Assembly: GCA_964453605.1 (NCBI GenBank)
Contig: CAYVOI010000001.1
Location: 21,182 to 85,181 of the forward strand
Length of the DNA stretch: 64,000 nt
Direction of reading: 5' to 3'
From: an uncultured Gammaproteobacteria bacterium
GTDB taxonomy: Bacteria > Patescibacteriota > Patescibacteriia > Veblenbacterales > UBA10138
Shown: piece by piece, positions 56,118-64,000 of the stretch
How the letters are laid out: each line of letters opens with the position of its first letter
How positions within the stretch are numbered: the stretch's first letter is position 1
The notes under the pieces: model-generated
Told to the model about the DNA's origin: nothing
Databases searched by the model: none
Seen by the model: the letters and a program-made list of their open reading frames with translations, nothing else
Made by a program: the position numbers and the translations under genes

Positions 56118-56307
56118 TTTTTCCTCTCGTCTTTAGGTTTGGTTTGCGTGTAGCGACCTTAGTATTAAAGGCTTAGGAAGTCAAACTTTGCCTGTTGTTA
56201 TTTTGATTAGTATTTGTGGATAAGTTGTTAATCTTGTGGATAATGAGCACTTAAAGTGCTCAGGGGTACAACAGATTTTTTAGCTTAATGTAGCAAAATA
56301 AGTACTA

Positions 56308-56336
56308 TTGACCAATTCAAAAAAGTATGCTATATT
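56308..56336 (+). promoter_or_regulatory. Sigma70-like promoter for the candidate ncRNA
   Basis: TTGACC, 17 nt, TATATT. Confidence 0.5.
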
Positions 56337-56342
56337 GTACTT

Positions 56343-56722
56343 GTTGATAGTTCGTTGTAAGCTTTAGGCAGAGGGTAGAGGAGGTTTGGACACCCAACTA
56401 CAGCGTCTAAGCCCTCTCTACTGTCCGGAGTCTGCTCGCAAGCTTTCGGGCGGGCCACAAAAATAACTTTTGAAATAAATACAAAACAGGCCGTGTACCC
56501 TTTCGGGGGTGCTCAGGACCATGAGGATGGTAGAGATAACTTGGCGTAACTTTACACCGTTAGCAGTTACGCGCCTAAGGCGCTTGTTGATACATCTTGT
56601 GATGTGCTACCTGCATCGTCAGGTAGTCGCTCAAGTAGTACAAGCGTCGCACGGGGCGCCGTTTACGCCAATAATTCAATTTTCCTAATTGGAAAGGGCG
56701 CCTAAACGGCGCCTTTTCTTTT
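56343..56722 (+). ncRNA. Candidate structured ncRNA (~380 nt) of unknown class
   Basis: A 670-bp stretch with no ORF of at least 60 aa. It is bounded by a consensus promoter and a strong GGCGCC-TAAAC-GGCGCC + T-run terminator at 56695-56725. No tmRNA, RNase P or SRP signature motifs were recognised. Confidence 0.4.
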
Positions 56723-56791
56723 TACCAACATTTGATTTGGCCAATGTGATAACCCCTTCGTTATCCGGTAGGCTTACGGTATGCTGACCAT

Positions 56792-57355
56792 ATGTATAGC
56801 ATATATATTGTACGTCATGGGCAGGACGAGGATAACGCGCAGGGTATTTTGAATGGCCACCGCGATCAAAGCCTCACAGCTTTGGGTAGGTCGCAGGCAA
56901 TACAGCTCGCTAAGAAGTTACAAGGTAAAGCTATTGGTGCAGTCTACTGCGGTCCTCTGCGGCGGCACCGAGAAACTGCCAACATTATTCTTGAAGTGCT
57001 GGGTACAATACCAGTTACTATAAACGAAAGCCTTATTGAGAGAGACTTTGGCGTCTTAACTGGTAAGCCCGTAGATGATATTCCTAAGTACGCCAAGGAG
57101 ATTCTGGCAGGTGACCGCGTAAACTATTTTCTTAGTGTTGAGGGTTCGGAGAGTTTCCCGGCAGTGTATGAGCGAGCCAGCACCTTTTTGCGAAACCTTA
57201 GGTCTCAGGCTCAAGATAAGAACGTGCTGGTAGTGACTTCGAGTGATACTGGTAAGATGATTCGCGCAGCCTTCATGGGTTGGCCGTGGCAAGAAGGTTT
57301 GATGACGTCATACTTTGATAATGCTGATAGTATTGAACTAGTGGTGCCTGACTAA
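56792..57355 (+). CDS. Histidine-phosphatase-family protein (phosphoglycerate-mutase-like)
   Basis: N-terminal IVRHGQ (RHG catalytic motif). Confidence 0.8.
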   Translation: MYSIYIVRHGQDEDNAQGILNGHRDQSLTALGRSQAIQLAKKLQGKAIGAVYCGPLRRHRETANIILEVLGTIPVTINESLIERDFGVLTGKPVDDIPKYAKEILAGDRVNYFLSVEGSESFPAVYERASTFLRNLRSQAQDKNVLVVTSSDTGKMIRAAFMGWPWQEGLMTSYFDNADSIELVVPD

Positions 57356-57412
57356 CCTAGCTTGCCGTAAGCCTTGATTGGTCTTGGACCTCGTGCTATA
57401 CTGCCCTCCGCT

Positions 57413-57784
57413 ATGGAAAAAGCATTCATTGCTGAAATGAAGCAGGCGCTTGAGCAAGAGCGCGAGCGGCTGGAGGCTGAGCTCAAGGGCTTTGCGCACC
57501 GCGACAGCCACACCGGCGCTACCTACAACGCTGACTTCCCGAGCTACGGCGACAAGGAAGAGGACAACGCTACCGAAGTTGCCACCTACACCGACAACCT
57601 CTCCCTCAGCCGTACCCTAGAGGCTAAGCTTGAGGATGTGATAAGCGCGTTGGAGCGTATGGCTAAGCGCACCTACGGTACGTGTAAGTACTGCGGTAAA
57701 GAAATTGACGAGCGCCGGCTCCGCGCTCGGCCTGAGTCAGCCAGTTGCGTAAAGTGCAAACAAGAACGCCTCCAGCGCATATAG
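57413..57784 (+). CDS. dksA: DksA/TraR-family C4 zinc-finger regulator
   Basis: Coiled-coil region followed by CKYCGKEIDERRLRARPESASCVKCK. ATG at 57413 (MEKAFIAEM). Confidence 0.75.
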   Translation: MEKAFIAEMKQALEQERERLEAELKGFAHRDSHTGATYNADFPSYGDKEEDNATEVATYTDNLSLSRTLEAKLEDVISALERMAKRTYGTCKYCGKEIDERRLRARPESASCVKCKQERLQRI

Positions 57785-58194
57785 GGCTCGCGCACAGTGC
57801 GCTACTTGCTGCTGGCACGCTGGCGCTGTTTGTAGTTGATAGGGTAGTAAAATTTTCGGCCGCGCAGGCACACCCGAGCCAAGGTGCGTTACTTTCGTTT
57901 GGTTATGTTCCGAATTCCGGCGGCGTATTCAGCGTGCCGCTACCGCACTGGCTCTTGCTGACTGCTTCCACTGTCGCGCTCACCTGTTTGGCAGTTGCGG
58001 CTAGAGGTGCTCGGCGCAAGGGGCGACTCGTGAGGCTGGTGGGGCTGGCGTTTATGCTTATAGGTGGAGCCAGTAACGTGCTGGACCGGCTCCAACTTGG
58101 TAGCGTCACCGATGTATTTACCACCATCGGCGGTTTGTCGTTCAACCTCAGTGACCTGTACCTGGTGTCTGGTTTAGTGCTCCTTTTGCTCTAG
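57745..58194 (+). CDS. lspA: Lipoprotein signal peptidase II
   Basis: GGASNVLDR, GSVTDVF and FNLSD motifs. Start uncertain: TTG at 57745 or GTG at 57754, either overlapping the dksA 3' end. Confidence 0.8.
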   Translation: MRKVQTRTPPAHIGLAHSALLAAGTLALFVVDRVVKFSAAQAHPSQGALLSFGYVPNSGGVFSVPLPHWLLLTASTVALTCLAVAARGARRKGRLVRLVGLAFMLIGGASNVLDRLQLGSVTDVFTTIGGLSFNLSDLYLVSGLVLLLL

Positions 58195-58254
58195 AGCTGC
58201 TCTAGGAGGTTGACGTTTTGTGGGTACCCCGCTAAGGTAGGGGCGTATAAAACT

Positions 58255-59781
58255 ATGTCAGCCAAAGTCTTTACCTGCGGCGTGTTTGGCCTAACCGCTC
58301 TCCCGATTGAGGTCGAGGCGGACGTTTCTTCGCAACTACCTGGGATTTTTATCGTAGGCTTGCCTGACAAGGCCGTGGAGGAAGCGAGGGAGCGGGTGCG
58401 GGCAGCGCTTAAAAATTCGGGCTGCGAATTTCCGCGCACCAAGGTGACGGTGAACCTGGCCCCGGCCGATGTAAAGAAAGAAGGTTCAAGCTACGACTTG
58501 CCGTTGGCACTTGCCGTGCTGGTAGCCTCACGCCAGCTCGAACCAGCCATGCCGCCTGATCGCACACTCTTTTTAGGCGAGCTTAGCTTGGAGGGCAAGC
58601 TCCGCGCTGTACCTGGAGTTTTGGTGGTAGCGCGGGCGGCCAAGCGATTAGGGTTCAGTACACTCTTTGTGCCGCCGGCCAATGCCGCCGAGGCTGCACT
58701 GGTGCCTGGGGTAGAGGTGTTTGCGCCACAAACACTGAGCGAGCTCTTGGCACACCTCAGTGGTCGTGCTGCACTTTCTGCACAACCTGCCACGCAGCTT
58801 GGCGAGCTTATGGCTAGTGGCGCAACTGAGGACGATTTGCAGCATGTCAGGGGCCAAGAGCAGGCCAAGCGCGCATTGGAAATCGCCGCGGCTGGCGGGC
58901 ACAACTTGCTTATGTCTGGTCCGCCAGGGAGCGGCAAGACGTTGCTGGCACGCGCACTGGCTGGTGTGTTGCCGCCATTGACACACGACGAGGTGTTGGA
59001 GGTAACCGAGCTCTACAGTGTGGCTGGGCTATTAACTTCCGCTCACCCGCTGGTGCGTGAGCGGCCGTTCCGCAGTCCACACCACACTGCCTCAGAAGTC
59101 TCACTGGTGGGCGGTGGCACAACCGTGCGCCCGGGTGAAATTTCCCTAGCCCACCGTGGTGTGTTGTTCCTGGACGAGCTGCCTGAGTTTCCGCGTGGCG
59201 TGTTGGAAAGTCTTCGGCAGCCGCTGGAGGACGGTACTATCACCGTCTCACGTGCAGCGGGCACCACCATTTTCCCTGCGCGGTTCATTCTAGTTAGCGC
59301 TATGAACCCATGCCCCTGTGGTTTCGCTGGCGACCCCGTGAAGCCATGTACGTGTACACCGGGACAAATCTACCGCTACCAACGTAAGCTGTCGGGCCCA
59401 CTCCTCGACAGGTTTGACCTGCACGTGGAAGTGCCCAGACTGCCGTTTGAGAAACTGGAACTGCCAGTAGGCGAGCCCTCGACTGCAGTGCAGGTGCGCG
59501 TGAGCGCGGCTAGGGAACAACAGCGCCGGCGCTTCCCCGGCAACGTACCGAAGCTCAACGCTGCTATGCGGGTGCCAGACCTAAAACACCACGTGGCGCT
59601 GCCACCTGAAGCGGTGGAGCTTCTGCGTTCAGCGGTAGACAGGTTCCACCTCTCGGGCAGGGTGTACCACCGCGTGCTCAAAGTTGCCCGCACCATTGCT
59701 GACCTGGCGGGTGAAGCAAACGTTCAGACAGCCCACGTGGCTGAGGCGCTGCAGTACCGCCCGCGGGCCAACGAGCGGTAG
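58255..59781 (+). CDS. comM: YifB/ComM-family Mg-chelatase-like AAA+ ATPase
   Basis: N-terminal Lon-like domain, Walker A GPPGSGKT, and a C-terminal Mg-chelatase ChlI-like domain. ATG at 58255. Confidence 0.85.
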   Translation: MSAKVFTCGVFGLTALPIEVEADVSSQLPGIFIVGLPDKAVEEARERVRAALKNSGCEFPRTKVTVNLAPADVKKEGSSYDLPLALAVLVASRQLEPAMPPDRTLFLGELSLEGKLRAVPGVLVVARAAKRLGFSTLFVPPANAAEAALVPGVEVFAPQTLSELLAHLSGRAALSAQPATQLGELMASGATEDDLQHVRGQEQAKRALEIAAAGGHNLLMSGPPGSGKTLLARALAGVLPPLTHDEVLEVTELYSVAGLLTSAHPLVRERPFRSPHHTASEVSLVGGGTTVRPGEISLAHRGVLFLDELPEFPRGVLESLRQPLEDGTITVSRAAGTTIFPARFILVSAMNPCPCGFAGDPVKPCTCTPGQIYRYQRKLSGPLLDRFDLHVEVPRLPFEKLELPVGEPSTAVQVRVSAAREQQRRRFPGNVPKLNAAMRVPDLKHHVALPPEAVELLRSAVDRFHLSGRVYHRVLKVARTIADLAGEANVQTAHVAEALQYRPRANER

Positions 59782-59909
59782 TATTAACTTTTTTTAGCGC
59801 AGTTCTCTGGTGCGGCTGTTTTAGTGTTGGAACTTGACTAGTATAGTTGGGCATGATAGAGATTAGTTAAATAAAAATAGTATCAAAAACTAAAATATAA
59901 GAGGTAGTT

Positions 59910-60323
59910 ATGAATAACATTGTACATGTATTTGCAGCGTTCGCTTTGGCTGTTTTAGCTGGATTTGTAGGCTATACTATCAGCCACGAACCATTGTTCC
60001 CGCTGGCTTGTATTGGCGGTATTACCTTTATCGCCATGATGGCTGTGCTCTATCAAAGTCAAAAAACGTCAGGAGAAGAAGCAAAAAAAGTTCTACCACG
60101 AGAACTCATCGCTTATAGTATAGTTGAATTGTTAGTTGTGGCTGGGTGGTTTTTAGGAGTATTTGCGGGCCTGATTAAGCCACCCCATAAACCGCCGGGG
60201 CTTGAGACCCCCTTGACTTTCTTAGTTTTGTTTTTTTGCTTCGGATTAGCACTCGGGATTACGTTCTTTGTTTCCAGGTCCTGGAAATCCAAAAACGGCA
60301 GAGCATGCCCAAGTGGGAGCTAG
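59910..60323 (+). CDS. Hypothetical membrane protein (137 aa, 4 TM)
   Basis: Good GAGG Shine-Dalgarno. AT-rich upstream region. Confidence 0.55.
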   Translation: MNNIVHVFAAFALAVLAGFVGYTISHEPLFPLACIGGITFIAMMAVLYQSQKTSGEEAKKVLPRELIAYSIVELLVVAGWFLGVFAGLIKPPHKPPGLETPLTFLVLFFCFGLALGITFFVSRSWKSKNGRACPSGS

Positions 60324-60391
60324 AAGTTTTCACGGTATAGTACAAGGTAAGTTTAGATATAGCGCCCGGCTAGCAGACACTAAGCCGGGCA

Positions 60392-61621
60392 TTACCTTAT
60401 ATAGATGAGCGGATTAGTACGGCGGCCGTTAACTCTTACTTCAAAGTGTACGTGCGGTCCGGTAGAGTGGCCAGTGGAGCCCATCTCGGCAATTTGCTGA
60501 CCCCTCACCACGTGGTCGCCGGCTTTAACGTACATTTTGCTGGTGTGGCCGTAGAGTGTCTGCAGCCCTTGGCCGTGGTCAATAATAATGTAAAAGCCGT
60601 AGCCGCCGCGGTTCCAGCCGGCGGTTACCACTACGCCCTCTTCAGCGGCGTAGATGGGGGTGCCGATGGAGTCGGCAATGTCTACGCCGGTGTGGCGCCA
60701 GCTAAAGTACTGGGTGATGCGGCGGTGCACCGTGGGCCAGAGCAACCTGGAGCTGCTGCCAGAGCTTACTATGGTGGGTTGCTGCACCGCAACGTACGGT
60801 GTGGTGGGTTGGGGTTTGGGTACTACCGGTGGCGCTACGTAGAGCGGCCGCCCGCCGGGTACCATGATAGTTTGCCCGGGCTGGAAGTTGCCACTAGGGT
60901 TAAACGCTAGCACATCGTCAACGTCAACGTGGAACGCGCGGGCTACCTTAGCTGGTGTGTCGCCCCTCCTAACCTTGTAGGTTACGCCGTCAGTAGGGAG
61001 AATGGTGAGCTTTTGCCCTAGGCGCAAGATGCTCCGAGCGGTGAGGTTGTTCTCCCATAGCACGGTCGTCATTTGCAGGTTGAAGCGGTTGGCAATGCTA
61101 GAGATGCTATCGCCGGGCTGTACCTCGTAGTACTCGGTGCGGTCACGGCCCACCACACCCGGCGCGGTAGTAACTAAGAGCGGTTCCAGCAGCGCGCCGT
61201 CCTCATCGCTCAGGCTCATGGGCCCGGTACTGCGAACTAGCGGTCCGCTCTCCGTTTCGGTGGTGCCAAGGTCGTTGGTGGCGTTCTGCTGGATGAATGG
61301 AAACAGCAGGTTGTGCTGGCCAAAGTCCTCGGTGGTAGCGTTGGCTATTTTGAGGCTGTTTACGGTTATGGCTACCGCCGAGAGCACCACCAGGTAGAGC
61401 ACGGTGTGGTGCCGCCGGAGTAGGTCGAGCAAGTCTGAACTCTCGAACAGCCGGTAGAAGCGTCGTTTGAGCCGGAGCGCTGTAGCGTAAGGTTTAAGCA
61501 CCAGCCACCTCAGAGCCACCCGCCCCACTGGCTCAGCCACTCCCGCTATAACCAAAATCAGAGACCGCACTGGTCTCCACATGGCTCTGCCGAGGCGCAA
61601 GAGCCCGAGCAGTAGGCGCAA
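60392..61621 (-). CDS. LysM-domain M23-family metallopeptidase (peptidoglycan endopeptidase)
   Basis: Two LysM repeats (YEVQPGDSISSIA, YKVRRGDTPAKVA) and M23 catalytic motifs HTGVD...GSTGHSTGPHVHFE. Confidence 0.85.
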   Translation of the reverse strand: MRLLLGLLRLGRAMWRPVRSLILVIAGVAEPVGRVALRWLVLKPYATALRLKRRFYRLFESSDLLDLLRRHHTVLYLVVLSAVAITVNSLKIANATTEDFGQHNLLFPFIQQNATNDLGTTETESGPLVRSTGPMSLSDEDGALLEPLLVTTAPGVVGRDRTEYYEVQPGDSISSIANRFNLQMTTVLWENNLTARSILRLGQKLTILPTDGVTYKVRRGDTPAKVARAFHVDVDDVLAFNPSGNFQPGQTIMVPGGRPLYVAPPVVPKPQPTTPYVAVQQPTIVSSGSSSRLLWPTVHRRITQYFSWRHTGVDIADSIGTPIYAAEEGVVVTAGWNRGGYGFYIIIDHGQGLQTLYGHTSKMYVKAGDHVVRGQQIAEMGSTGHSTGPHVHFEVRVNGRRTNPLIYIR

Positions 61622-62154
61622 ACCTAAAATTTTAAGCTTCTTGGGAATAAGTGGTAGTTCCGTGCTCAGGGTGAGGGCGTGTGCGCTATAGCGTACCGGT
61701 GGTGGTCAGCGTACCTGCTCTGCACTCTGCTTAACGTATATACGAGCGTTTGTTAGGCTACCATGTTTAGCACACTACGGTCAACGCGTTTACATGGTTC
61801 TGCCGAGCGCAAAATGCGTTTGAATTTGGGTTCCCGAGGTGCTAGCATACCCCAAGGGCATTACCCCATTTTTTCTTGACCTAAACAAGCTGAGCTATGC
61901 CCGGATATACAACTTCGCTAGCGCCCGCCCCGCACCAGAGCGGAGCACGGTACGGGGCTTCGCCTCGTACTACTACCGTGGTATTGGTGCAAGAGGGAGC
62001 AACGGCAGTACCCAATAAGTCCGGGCTCTTGGTGCGTGGGCTCGTTCCGACCACTATATTCACAAGTTTATGTTTTTCCTAAGGTACTTTAATCGTAAGC
62101 AGGCTCCCGTCCATCCTCGCGCTGAGGTGGGTACGCCTCGTTGATATACCGGGT

Positions 62155-64000
62155 ATGGCGCGGTACGACCACAAGGGAGTAGAGCAGAAGTGGCAAAAAT
62201 TTTGGCACGACGGTGCAACGTGGCAGGCTGCGGAAAAACCAGGCGCAAAAAAGTCCTACGTGCTCGACATGTTCCCGTACCCTTCGGCGGCCGGTCTCCA
62301 TGTTGGCCACCCCGAGGGCTACACTGCTACCGACATCTACTGCCGCTACTTGCGCATGAAGGGTGTGAACGTTTTACATCCTATGGGCTGGGACGCGTTT
62401 GGTTTGCCAGCCGAAAACTATGCTATCAAAACCGGCCGGCACCCCAAGGAGGTCACGTGGGAGAACATTGCAAACTTTAGGCGGCAGATACAGTCACTTG
62501 GCTTTTCCTACGACTGGAGCCGCGAGGTGAACACGGCCGACCCTTCCTATTATAAGTGGACGCAGTGGTTGTTCCTGAAGCTCTACGAGAAGGGCTTGGC
62601 CTACCGCAAAGAAGCGCCGGCGAACTGGTGCCCCAACGATCAAACTGTGCTGGCCAATGAGCAAGTGGTAGAAGGTTGCTGCGAGCGCTGCGGCGCTAAA
62701 GTGGAACAGCGCAACATGCAACAGTGGTTTTTTAAGACCACAGCTTACGCCGATGCCCTCCTCAATGATTTGGAAGGTTTGGATTGGCCAGTGCCGATTG
62801 TGGAAATGCAGAAGAACTGGATAGGGAAGAGTGAGGGGGCAGAGGTGGAATTCGTTTTACATTTTAAGAAGCACTCGGCAGATAATGATCGACGTGGTCC
62901 TGATGGTAAGCCGGCGCATTTGACTGTGTTTACCACCCGGCTCGACACTATTTTTGGTGCGACGTATTTGGTTTTAGCACCTGAACATCCGTGGGTGAGG
63001 TTAGCGACAGATGATAATCATGATGTCCTGTTAAATAAAGAAGAGGTCAGGGCATACATCGAGCTGACAAAAAAGAAATCAGAACTGCAGCGCGCGCAAT
63101 TGCAAAAAGAAAAGACCGGCGTTGAGTTAAGGGGTGTTAAGGCCGTAAACCCAGCAACTAAAGAAGAAATCCCGGTGTGGGTGGCGGACTACGTGCTCGG
63201 CAGCTACGGTACGGGTGCCATTATGGCCGTACCCGCGCACGATGAGCGGGATTTAGAATTTGCATTCGCACATAATCTACCGGCCAAAACAGTTGTTGTG
63301 CCAAAGAATGCAAATTGTGTAGTTGTGCATGGCTGTCCTAACTACGCTGAAGATAACCCCGACAAGAGTACATACGACAAGCACTGGATGAAGTGGCTGG
63401 GCAGAGAATTGTCTAAATTAGGAATAGTGGGAAGTTTCCCTGTCATGCCCACGCCCTGGGAGCCGAACTATGAGGCTTGGAAGAAGGAGTTTGAGAAGAA
63501 TAAAATTGACGAAAACAGTATTCTCATTGGCCACAGCTGTGGCTGCGCTTTTTTGGCGCGGTGGTTGGCGGAGACTAAAGAGGTAGTTAAACATTTAATT
63601 TTCGTAGCGCCCTGGAAAGTTGCTGATGCCAGCATGAGCCAACAAAAGGTTGATTGGTATAGTCATGATATTGATAAGTCGATAAGGTTTCGCGCCAAGT
63701 ATATGACTATTTTTACTTCAGATGACGAAGAGCTAGGCGGGAAACAAAGTGCCGCTCTCTTTGAAGAAGCGTGGGGCATTGAACCTATACTATTACACAA
63801 GCACGGCCATTATACTTTGAATGATATGGGAACTGAGGAGTTCCCCGAGCTTCTTTCTGCTATATTAAATACTTTTGTTGGCAGTATCGAAGAAGGTGTA
63901 CTAGTGCAATCAGCTGATTTTAATTGGTTAACTTCTGTTGAGGCGAAGGTACGGATCGCAAAAAAAATCGGCGCTGAGCTTAAAACACAATATCGCCTCA
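62155..64000 (+). CDS. leuS: Leucine--tRNA ligase, 5' partial. The CDS continues past the window end and carries an in-frame alpha/beta-hydrolase-like domain insertion.
   Basis: Translated by hand from ATG 62155 to the window end with no stop codons. HIGH region HVGHPEGY; editing-domain motifs TVFTTRLDT and [15 protein letters not shown]. An inserted segment with GHSCG follows, then LeuS sequence resumes at KTQYRL (compare E. coli KVNYRLRDWG). Confidence 0.85.
   Translation, partial: MARYDHKGVEQKWQKFWHDGATWQAAEKPGAKKSYVLDMFPYPSAAGLHVGHPEGYTATDIYCRYLRMKGVNVLHPMGWDAFGLPAENYAIKTGRHPKEVTWENIANFRRQIQSLGFSYDWSREVNTADPSYYKWTQWLFLKLYEKGLAYRKEAPANWCPNDQTVLANEQVVEGCCERCGAKVEQRNMQQWFFKTTAYADALLNDLEGLDWPVPIVEMQKNWIGKSEGAEVEFVLHFKKHSADNDRRGPDGKPAHLTVFTTRLDTIFGATYLVLAPEHPWVRLATDDNHDVLLNKEEVRAYIELTKKKSELQRAQLQKEKTGVELRGVKAVNPATKEEIPVWVADYVLGSYGTGAIMAVPAHDERDLEFAFAHNLPAKTVVVPKNANCVVVHGCPNYAEDNPDKSTYDKHWMKWLGRELSKLGIVGSFPVMPTPWEPNYEAWKKEFEKNKIDENSILIGHSCGCAFLARWLAETKEVVKHLIFVAPWKVADASMSQQKVDWYSHDIDKSIRFRAKYMTIFTSDDEELGGKQSAALFEEAWGIEPILLHKHGHYTLNDMGTEEFPELLSAILNTFVGSIEEGVLVQSADFNWLTSVEAKVRIAKKIGAELKTQYRL

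Noticed and set aside
56343-56722. Interpretation of the ORF-free region as RNase P RNA or tmRNA
   Set aside because: Size fits, but I could not find the P4 GGAAAGUCCGG core, a tRNA-like 3' end (GGTTCGA..CCA), or a tag-peptide frame. Left as an unclassified ncRNA candidate.
61980-62060. T-box riboswitch upstream of leuS
   Set aside because: The GGUGG/ACCGUGG-like strings present do not match the conserved T-box antiterminator sequence (AGGGUGGNACCGCG) in order or spacing. Kept only as an unclassified leader.
62190-62480. Plus-strand 96-aa ORF listed in the track at the leuS start
   Set aside because: It is in a different frame from the continuous leuS reading frame that starts at ATG 62155 and contains the HIGH motif.
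1-64000. CRISPR arrays, rRNA genes, insertion sequences with transposase
   Set aside because: No regularly spaced direct repeats, no 16S/23S/5S-like segments and no transposase-like ORFs were seen. The only recombinase is the tyrosine recombinase at 49910..50830.

Overview
This 64 kb window looks like chromosomal DNA from a reduced bacterial genome, possibly a CPR/Saccharibacteria-like lineage. Coding GC is about 55%, and there are several short AT-rich islets. It spans the replication-origin neighbourhood, with rnpA-rpmH, dnaA and dnaN in the usual arrangement.

Housekeeping genes present include rnhB, gdh, trxA/trxB, yidC/yidD, tyrS, ruvC/yebC, galU, pilT, rpsO, pnp, lspA, comM and the start of leuS.

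Twelve tRNA genes were found by hand: Ala(GGC), Ala(CGC), Arg(CCT), Ser(CGA), Gly(TCC), Phe(GAA), Pro(TGG), Lys(CTT), Arg(TCG), His(GTG), Arg(TCT), plus a dense tRNA array at 43.1-45.2 kb. No rRNA gene or CRISPR array is visible.

The accessory content is concentrated in six places. The first is a PBP1a gene co-operonic with an ArnT/PMT-type glycosyltransferase and an FkbM methyltransferase. The second is an eight-gene cluster (25.0-32.9 kb) predicted to supply polyprenol-phosphate-hexose for envelope glycosylation; it contains two tandem GT-C paralogues that share two blocks of 100% nucleotide identity. The third is a convergent operon encoding galU, a solute-binding lipoprotein and four TrbC/VirB2-like pilin paralogues. 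The fourth is a set of tRNA-associated repeats and tRNA fragments. The fifth is a promoter- and terminator-bounded candidate ncRNA of about 380 nt. The sixth is a leuS gene carrying an in-frame, AT-rich alpha/beta-hydrolase-like domain insertion.

All calls come from reading the sequence and the supplied ORF track; no database search was possible.
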